Shown: piece by piece, positions 55,025 to 64,000 of the stretch
Layout of the letters: each line of letters begins with the position of its first letter
Position numbering within the stretch: position 1 is the stretch's first letter
NCBI GenBank assembly: GCA_964016885.1
Contig: OZ024740.1
Location: 173,538,001-173,602,000 of the forward strand
Direction of reading: 5' to 3'
Length of the DNA stretch: 64,000 nucleotides
Origin: Eledone cirrhosa
Taxonomy: Eukaryota
The notes under the pieces: model-generated
What the model was told of the DNA's origin: nothing
What the model saw: only the letters and a program-made list of their open reading frames with translations
Databases searched by the model: none
Translations under genes and position numbers: made by a program

Positions 55025-55450
55025 CTATATAAAAAAAAAAAAAGAAAGAAATGTATTATTCAACAATCAACTTATAGTTCCTTTTAATAGATTAGATTAT
55101 ATTTTTTTGCAAAAAGTATTCTAGAAGTCTTCAAAAAACAACTTAATTGTTAAACATTTTTAAAATATAGGAAAATTTTCAATAGGAAATAACTAAGAAT
55201 ACATTTAACCCTTCTGTTACCAACCTGCCCAAGACTGCCTCTAATTACCATACAAAACTTCTGATTTAAACTTATTTAAATTAAAACCTATATTAATTTT
55301 ATATAAAAGCATTTCTTATGTTCCAAACAGCTACTTAATGAAAAAATTTTGATTATTTCCAAGATTAACTAAACCAGATAAGCAGTGTATTTCATTAGAA
55401 ATGTGGTCATAAAAGGCTGAAATTTTAAAATAACATTCCATGCTACTGAC

Positions 55451-55565
55451 CTTTTACTTTGTGTGCAGCAGCGGCACGTACTTCAGCTTCACAATCTTTT
55501 AAGAGTCCTTGAAAAGCCAATACTAAATCATTCTTTGTAATTTCAGGGCCAACAGCTTTTTGTAA
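55451..55565 (-). CDS. PPP2R1A: PP2A scaffold subunit A exon
   Basis: 115 nt; [38 protein letters not shown]. Confidence 0.97.
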
Positions 55566-57117
55566 CTTCATAGTAAAACAAAAAAAAAAAATAATAAATG
55601 AACATTATGAAAATATAATTTCAAAAATAAATTACAAATTAATATTTGTTGTTACAGTTAATAGTGGTCAGTGCAAAAACTGAAGGGAGAGATTCAACAT
55701 GGATGACAATAAAAGAAGTATGATACAGCATAAAACCAAACTGTTCTAAGGAGTAGAGACAACAGTAGTACAGGAAGAAAAGACAAAGAGAGAAGACTGG
55801 AGTGAGGTTGTGAGCAACAACATGCCAATTGAGTAGATCTATGACATCTGTGTAACAGAAGTACCATCCTATATGTGGGAATAGTCCCTCAATGTGAATC
55901 ACACAGAAGCTTTGAAGAGAGTTGGCAGTTGTTAAAAGCTGAACTATTTTCTGACACTGAACAAGAAGGCAAACCTTTGAAATGCAGGTTTTCTCTATTG
56001 AAGATATGTATTTATAAAGAAAGTTCCTTGGTGATGGTGAGACCTAGTAATTGATGTGATCAAGGTTCTAGTTACATGTCATATTTGGGACAGAAATGCA
56101 CGACGGGTGTTCCAGTTGTTCAATCAACAGAACAGCCTGCTCTTGAAATTAACATATAACCAGATGAGCTTTCTCCAGACATGTACCCACAGCATAATTC
56201 TTGGGAGATTCAGTGTGATAAAGTTATCTCTTTGAATTACAGGTACAGTCCATCCAACAGGTTTCCAAACAGTTTCCATCTACCCAATTTCACTATCAAG
56301 GCATGGGTCCACACAAGGCTATGGCAAAATGAACTCAAACATTTGGCTATGCTGTATCTATGTTTGAGAGAGGAAGGTGATAATGTTTACTTCATATGAG
56401 CAGTGATTGTGTTATTTTGCTGTTGAAGGTTGGCATGATGTCAGTGCAAGTTTACTGAAGGTTGGCATGGTGTCAGTGCAAGTTTACTGTGAGGTGTCTA
56501 GGTTGGAAATACATACTACAGAATGCCACTGAAGTGAAGAGGTGCCAGAGGGTTGCCCTACTTAGAAATAGGACACACTGCAGCATATTTCTGAAGATTG
56601 AGATATATCTAAAGAGAATTTGGTGAGGATAGGAGATAGCCTTAGAGTGCATTGTTTGAGAGTAGTGGGATATTGTGTGAGTGAGTGGCCTTTTCGTTTG
56701 AAAAAACCCACAGGAAAAAAAATTGTCAATTTTAATCTTTCAAAAGTGCAAGGTGTTATAAATTCACATAATTTACAAATTTAAACAAGAATACTTAAAA
56801 AAGGTATATAACTTCAGGATAGTTTTCTAAGCCCTTTCAGCAGAGAAGGAAATAGTTTTTCGCCCTCCCAAGGTTTGTCTAAAGTTCAAACTATACATGC
56901 ATACCAAGCAAGTATAAGGATAGTGTATAAGACATGTTTGAACATATATAAGTTACTCAATATTTAAAAATAGACATATTTGAAAATGTCTTGACAATTT
57001 TTAAAGAAAAACTGTCAAACTGAGAAATAGCAGAAACCTAAGCAGTTGGCATTTGTAGCAATTTCAGATTATTTTAAATTATTGAGACCAAGTATGTGGC
57101 ACAGAAAATCAGATTAG

Positions 57118-57148
<31 letters not shown>

Positions 57149-57504
57149 AAAAGGAAACCCCATTTGAAGGTCACTCTGCTCTTTGTACAACAAAAAAGTT
57201 GTACTGGAATGAGAATCAAGTACTCAAAAAAATATATTCAGTTTGACCGTACCAATGCTCTAATAAACTATGTTGCACTAACAGAAATTTGTAATGGCTA
57301 AATAATATCCCAACTGAAGTAGTCAAGCAAAAAAAGCCCCGCCCCTTGTGAGTTTGCAACTCATAGGTGTTTTAATGATAGTGATCCCAATCTAATGAAA
57401 AGGCTCCTCACTGGACAAGATGCAAGTCCATTAACGTAAGTTCCCCTCCAGATGAGTAGATTTGAGCAATGTGAAACAAAACAACACACCACCCAGTCCA
57501 GAAA

Positions 57505-58310
57505 TTGTCACTCGTCTTCATAAAAACAGTGACTATATTTCCATTATTTATTTTCAGAATTGATTTTGAATAATTTTGAACCTCCAAATTTGTGGAAGAG
57601 GCACGGAGTTCTTCTTGAAATCTGCGCCGGGAGGACAAATAAGGAAATTTCAGACTATCTCAGCGTCAGCAAGAGAATGGTGTCTCATCCAAAGACGTGC
57701 CCAGAGTCATGCAGACAAAGTTTCCAGCGACAACATTGGTCTTAGGTGTCGTCAGCAGTCAAGGTGACGTCATGCCACCTCACTTCTTCCCCGAGGGCCT
57801 CAAGATGAACACCGATGGCTACATCCGCATTCTGAGTGAGGTAGTAAAGCCCTGGACCGACCAGGTAGCTGCAGGTAGGCCGTACGTGTGGCAGCAAGAC
57901 TCAGCGCCCTGCCATACCAGCCGAAAGACCCAAGCCTGGCTGTCAGAGAACTTCGTCGACCACACTTCACCTGACATCTGGCCTCCCAGCTCTCCTGACT
58001 GCAACCCCCTCGATTTCTTTGTGTGGGGCGCAGTGGAACGAGACACCAACAGATCTAGATGCAATACAAAAGACGATCTGAAGGCCAGGATCACAAGTGC
58101 CTTTAGGGGCCTAAGTCGGGGGACAGTGACGAAGGCCTGTAGCCGGTTCCGAGGCCGTCATCAAAGCCAATGGCGGGTTTATCGAGTGAGATCGAAAGAA
58201 CAAGTTATGAAGACAAACTGACCCAAGTTTGATAAATATATCTTAAAAAATAAAACTACTGTGTTATTTTTTCCTAGACAGTAATCTTGCGAACAAATAT
58301 CGTCCGCACC

Positions 58311-58313
<3 letters not shown>
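57505..58313 (+). mobile_element. maT (DD37D) transposon, second copy, lacking the 5' TIR and internally deleted
   Basis: WQQDSAPCH...WPPSSPDCNPLD with 37 residues between the Asp residues; 3' TIR TTGCGAACAAATATCGTCCGCACCCTG|TA; deletion junction near 57682 relative to the 18328 copy. Confidence 0.92.
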
Positions 58314-58355
<42 letters not shown>

Positions 58356-58363
58356 TTACTCAC

Positions 58364-58519
58364 ATCAGTAAATTTGTCAGCAACCATATAACGCACTCTC
58401 CAAGATTTATCTTCAGCTGCTTGCCGTAGTGTTGGCATTACAAGGTTCTCAACATCTTCAGTATTAAGTAATGATGCAATAGCAACACAGGCTTCCACAG
58501 CCAGCAGGCGTACTGAATC
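58364..58519 (-). CDS. PPP2R1A: PP2A scaffold subunit A exon
   Basis: 156 nt; [52 protein letters not shown]. Confidence 0.97.
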
Positions 58520-59544
58520 CTTTGAATAGAAGAAAATTCTCTTTCAGGCATATGAAAAAAAACCTAAAGTACTCACAAAAGGTACAAGAAGAATATATAT
58601 ACTTTCATTGGCAAAATTTATGCCTCTCTACAAATGTTTATTACTATTAATGATGGGTGAAACACAAAATTATACAGCTTTCATATGCATTAGGAGTAGA
58701 AGCTCACCAACTAAACACATGCCATCATTGAAAAATAAAAACAATCATGATAAATATTAGTTTAATTGAGAAGTATGAGGTGAAATATTTATTTTGAGAT
58801 GAGTCGACATTGATCAAATTGCTGTTTGCATCAAAGCTTAAATTCACACTAATTATACTGCTAAAAGTGACCAACAAGCATCTGTGCAACTGAAGCAGAA
58901 CAAACACTTGTGTATTTCTTTTCCAAAACGCCAGTTTATTGGTGTCCCCTAATGATATCGATGCAAGCTTCATACAAACAAACCTCAGTATATATAGATA
59001 ACAGCTTTTCTTTCAAACATATACTGTGTTTGAGCTTAATCTTTTTTATAAATGAGTGAACACTGCTGTGCAATTGGATTGAACCCAGCATCAAGTGGTT
59101 GAGAAGCAAGATTATTAATCTCACTGAAGATAGTGTTCCAAAAGGTTCTTGGCAGCTAAAACAAACTAAAGAACAGCCATGTACACATCTCATTGCTTGC
59201 TGATCTCATCTTTTTATTTCATTTTGAATGGTTTGCTCTCTTACAAAGTTGTTCTGAGTAAACATTACATTTATTTTCAACAGTTTCTAGATTACTTTGT
59301 TTATAATGAAAAATGTATAGCCTAATAGTAACTATAAGGTAGATAAAATCAAAAAGCTCAGAGCTAAGCTCAACTCAATTCAATATGGCTGCTCTTACTA
59401 AAAATGAGTTTCAATATGGAACTTAAAATAATTGTGCTAAATGTATTGTTTGGTCTCTATGAAAGCACTTGATAATAAAGAGGAAATTGCAGAAAAGTAC
59501 TTTACAAAATAAGAAGAGGAAATTAAGACTGAAATGTCCTTTAA

Positions 59545-60598
59545 CCCTTTAGCATTCGCATTAATTTTCAAATGTCATGCTTATCTGTTCACATTATTTT
59601 GAGTTAATCATACTCAAGAGAGTTATCAATTTTATTTGTTTGTAATTTTCTTAATTTTCTATGAGCAGGCTTGAAATTTTGTCAGTCGATGTTTAATTAT
59701 CAATAATTTACAATTATATAATTTTACCTGATTTTTTTGGTTAAATTTGACTTTTATGGGCAGGTGAAATTAATTAATAGGGGCATTTGAAGTATCAACC
59801 AGGTGCAAATACTGGTTTAATTTTAAATACGTTGTTTTCGGCATAATACTTGATATATAAGGATCACTAAACCTTATATCAGTGCTCCAGTAATTCCACA
59901 GTCTTGGAAATTGTTTTATACTGAACATAATATTTACGGTAAAAAATGCTTGCATTTCCGCACCATCTGTCGGTCGCCAAACAGACCGGGTTTTCCTTGA
60001 TTTGAAATCTGTTGTTGGGCATATCGATTAATCTCTTCTGCCACAACTTCAAAGAAAGTTTGTGGTAAAAACAAAAAGAAATAATCCAGTGCTTTAGCAT
60101 CGGGAGCTAATGTGTGTTGTGGACCAGTATTTTGAATAAAATTTGGAACATATATTGTTGTGGTATTTTTCAACCACGTTGCTGTAATATTTTCAATGGC
60201 ATCCTGGAGATCTTCGTTTTCATTTTCAGAAATGTAAACATCTGATTCATTTAAAGATAAATCCCTAATATTATCTTTTGTTCTTTGTTCATTCTGAATG
60301 TCGTTGTGTGTAAAACCTTCAAAGTCGGTATCACTACTTTCACAAGCCATGTTGATACACAAAAAATCTGTTCTACTTTCAACATTAAAAAAACATGTGT
60401 TGTTTTAAGTTGTTTCACTATATTAAGTGTTAATTTTCGCGGTAAGGGCCTAATCTCACAGTAATCTCGAATTGAGTTTTTTGATGACGGTATTGTTTAT
60501 TTTTAGAACAATATTTTAGTGTGGGTGTTATCGGCCAGTTTTCGGCGGTTTGAACAAATGAAGGGAAAATAGTTTCGGGCGGTTTGAACACTAAAGGG
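59545..60598 (-). mobile_element. piggyBac element, internally deleted, retaining the transposase N-terminus
   Basis: TTAA|CCCTTTAGCATTC ... GAACACTAAAGGG|TTAA; acidic N-terminus, LDYFFLFL...EINRYAQQ, MQAFF...YWSTD...IMP...YLHLVD motifs; subterminal direct repeats GGCGGTTTGAACA. Confidence 0.88.
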
Positions 60599-60726
60599 TT
60601 AAAGCCAATTGACACACAAGACATACGTCACAGAATTAGTGTAAAAAAAAAAAAAATGAAAAGTTAAATAACTGTAAATTTTGCAATAGTAATATTTCAA
60701 ATATAAATAAATTAAAGTAAACCTAC

Positions 60727-60874
60727 CTGTTCATCTTGAGCAAGACTATTAAACAATGAAATTAAGTCAGATCTGAGGTAATCTGTATCTGCTACCTTTG
60801 CAAACTCACCCAGCTTGCCAGCAGCTGCTCGACGCACCATTGGAGTATCATCTAAGCATAAGGTTTTAAAACAC
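60727..60874 (-). CDS. PPP2R1A: PP2A scaffold subunit A exon (most 5' exon in the window)
   Basis: 148 nt; [49 protein letters not shown]. The 11 exons join into 1267 nt without internal stops. The symbol denotes the PPP2R1A/B co-orthologue. Confidence 0.97.
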
Positions 60875-62286
60875 CTGAAAAGCAACAAGATAACATTAAC
60901 ACCACTAAAATACAACTCTTAACATCCTGTAATAATTTAACAGAAAATATCTAATAATAGGTTTGTTAATTAAATTTTTATAGTAACTTCACTGGTAGAC
61001 AGAATGTGAAAATTTTAAGTCATCTATTATAAAGACTATAATTTTGAATGTGATGCAGTCGTAGAGCTGTTTTGTACATTCAAAAATGTTTCGCTCATGT
61101 AGTATGATGTGGTACAGAATGTTAAAAGTTAAGGTACTCATCATTTGCAACAGCTTGCTAAATACTACTTTACAACAATTAAAACCATTTTGCACATTTC
61201 AGCTCTTATCACCACTTAGCCATAGGCGAAAAACTAGCTGCCATATTTTACTCTAGTTTGGCCCGATCATTCAATAATTAGGTAAAGCTTTTATAGACTA
61301 ATGTTAGATTTGCCTATATTGTATTAAGGTCTCATAAAAACAACTGATTAACTATCTTTTCTTCCCAGAAAAGAATTAATTTTGGCTAATAATCTTTACA
61401 GCTATTTTTTACAAAATTTTAAGGTACGTAACACATATCTCTGATGACAATTATCAAGACCTGCTTTAAACAATATTGAAGTTCTCATTTGTACTGTTTA
61501 CATAAAAAGCTAGTTGAAAGAATCTTAGATTTAGTTGCATTGGCTTTCAAACCAACTCACATTGAAGTACTTACAAATTCATCCACTCAATCTGAAGATC
61601 AGTGAAGGATGGCCTCAAGAATACATCATTGGCACAATTCAGGTCTGATTGTTAAATAGCGACCTATATGAATTCCAGGTTCAGCTAGAGAGGTCAATAA
61701 CATCCAATCAATCACAATTGAATATAGTTGAGAAAAAGTACTAAACTTAATTGAACACCTTGAGAATATGCTGGATTAGTGTTTATCTGCCAAAACTTGG
61801 AGGAGGGAGGGTTCTGCATGAGCTGCTGTGGAGAAAGCTGCAACACTGCAAAGTTCACAAATGTGATGATTGTGATCTGTTGGAAGAGCAATCTCACATC
61901 AGAGCACATCAACACCCATTTGGAGGTCACTCAATGGGAAAATACTGACTTATACAATTGCACCCAACAACACTAGGTGACATGCAAATTGTCTATTATA
62001 ACTACCAATACAGTAGCAGTTGCAGCATTTCCTCGGTGTAAATTTCATTACTCAGTTCTTACATAGTCATCTGTAATGCAAACAACTAATATCTTCAATT
62101 TCTAAACAATTCTAAAGGTTTTAAACAGAGTACTCATAAAATGTCACTGTCATCACCATCATCATTTTGACAGTTTTCCATGCTGACATGGGTTGGACAA
62201 GACTTTTTGAAGCATTGTTTTACAGCCTGATACCTTTCTTGATAGCAACCCTTTTAGTCATTTCTTAAAACGCTCAGATACAGTGT

Positions 62287-63340
62287 CATCATCATCATCA
62301 CCGTTTTACGTCCGTTCTTCCACGCTAGCATGGGTTAGACGGGTTGTCCTGTTGTGGGCAGTGTCTGGTCGGCTGACCATGCCTTGCTCATACAGGAACT
62401 GATTTGGCTTGATTTCTACAGCTGGATGCCCTTCCTAACACCAACCTCATTTACAGTGAGTGCTGGGTGCTTTTTCGTGGCGCCTACACATCCACTTTAC
62501 AGTGTGGGCTGGGTGCTTTTTCGTGGCGCCTACACGTCCACTTTACAGTGGGGGGTGTGGGAGCATATTGTCTATATGCTTCAGCTTGTACCCATGGGAG
62601 GTCGGGTACTCTGTATTACTGCGTGACGCCAGAAGTCACGGTCGTGTGTCATTGCCTTTGAGAGGTGTAATTGGGTAAGGTCGGCTTTTATCACCTCATC
62701 CCAGGTCATCTTGGGTCTCCCCACTCCGCGGTTTCCATCAACTTCTAGTGCTCTGCACCTTTTTATGCAGCTGTCATCCTTCATACGCATCACATGTCCA
62801 TACCAGTGCAACCGCCTCTCCTGCACACAGCATTTGATTCCTCTTATGCTCAGTATCTCTCTCAATTCATTTATGCTTTGTCGTTCACGTATATTACTGT
62901 TACACATCCATCAGAGCATACAGGCTTCGTTTTTCTCTAATCCACGTAAGTCTTCCACCTTCAGCGCCCAGGTCTCACTACCATGCAACATTGCTGTTCG
63001 GATACACGCATCATACAGTCTGCCTTTCATTCTGAGGGAGAAGCCTTTTGCAGCTAGCAGTGGTAGTAGTTCCCTAAACTTCTTCGATCCCGTTCTTACC
63101 CTAGTTATTGTACTTTCTGAACACCCACCTCCGCTGCTAATTCGGTCACCTAGGTAGCAGAAGCTGTCTACTATTTCTACAGAGCCCTCCCAGAGATTGG
63201 TGGTACTTGTTTCCTGTGGCTGTTTGCTGCTTGCTGTCTCAGCACAGCTGCTGCATGTGAATCCTACATTCTTAATTAAGCTTCCTGAGATCCCGCTACA
63301 TCTCTTGTGTACCCATTGTTTGCATTTGGGGCAGTGTACC
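62287..63340 (-). mobile_element. RTE LINE family C, 5'-truncated
   Basis: CPKCKQWVHKRC...RRLHWYGHV...GRPKMTW; its own 3' UTR with ~47-bp repeats and a (GAT)n tail. Confidence 0.92.
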
Positions 63341-63752
63341 TATTCTAAACCAAAATGCACATTTATTTATCCAATTATAAGTTGAATTAATATTATTTTT
63401 ACAAACTCACATCAATGTCATTTGTTATGACATAAAACCACTACTTCATGCACAATTTGCAGTAAAACTATAAAAAGTTTTCAAAAGAATCTCACTTTCA
63501 TATATTTCATTATGTGATGGAAACAAATACCGAGAATATTTTTCACATAACATCCTAAAAGTTGCAGTAAACAATTCCATTATTATTATCCCCACCAGAG
63601 TACAGTCATATATTCATAAGGCTACAAAGGTCTTGATAAAATATTGTTCAACAAGACGAATGATAAAAATATTTATGGAAATTCATTAAGGTTAAAAAAA
63701 TTTTTTTTGAAAAATCAATATGCTGAAATCATTATTTGCTTTCTTGCTTTCG

Positions 63753-63943
63753 AGGGCAGTGGATTGGCAGTATCGGTAGAGGGTCGGACGCCATGCTTTC
63801 CAGCATAGTTACGTCCCTTTACGATCTGAGTTCAAATCCCGCCGAGGTTGACTTTGCTTTTCATCCTTACGGGGTCGATAAAATAAAGTACCAGTAATGC
63901 ACTATGTATTTGCTGGCCTTGTGCCTAAAGTAGAAACAATTAT
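63753..63943 (+). mobile_element. tRNA-derived SINE family 2, full length with TSD
   Basis: A box TGGCAGTATCGG, B box GAGTTCAAATCC, Meta-domain-like core; ATTATTTGCTTTCTTG at 63731-63746 and 63939-63954. Confidence 0.9.
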
Positions 63944-64000
63944 TTGCTTTCTTGGTTAGTAAAGGTGGGACAGACGGATGTATGTACATACATACATACA

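Noticed and set aside
55640-56700. Possible old CR1/Jockey-like LINE fragments (also about 31080-31460 and 61550-61960)
   Set aside because: Too degraded to support boundaries or a family assignment from sequence alone.
60880-64000. Search for the upstream PP2A-A exons
   Set aside because: No matching coding sequence found; they presumably lie beyond the window.

Overview
Eukaryotic, AT-rich, microsatellite- and retroposon-dense DNA. The repeat repertoire resembles an octopus/cephalopod genome; this is inferred from repeat types, not verified. One host gene is clear: the 3' part of the PP2A scaffold (A/PR65) subunit gene on the minus strand, with 11 coding exons at 42262-60874, all GT-AG and phase-consistent. 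Its 5' exons lie beyond the window. The rest is mostly mobile DNA: at least three families of RTE-clade LINEs whose RT carries an inserted PHD-type Cys/His finger, two tRNA-derived SINE families, mariner, maT (DD37D), piggyBac and hAT-type DNA elements, a HINE-like element, foldback hairpins and very long (TA)n-based microsatellites. The ORF track misses a Naiad-type Penelope-like element (26601-27817). Its terminal repeat folds by eye into a type I hammerhead ribozyme with a non-canonical U3:A8 core (UUGACAA instead of CUGANGA), and four further rearranged hammerhead remnants lie nearby. Also notable are a SINE built from pieces of two different RTE LINEs, a ~3.6 kb LINE-hairpin-LINE palindrome, a split tRNA-Leu, and a possible alternative C-terminus for the PP2A A subunit.
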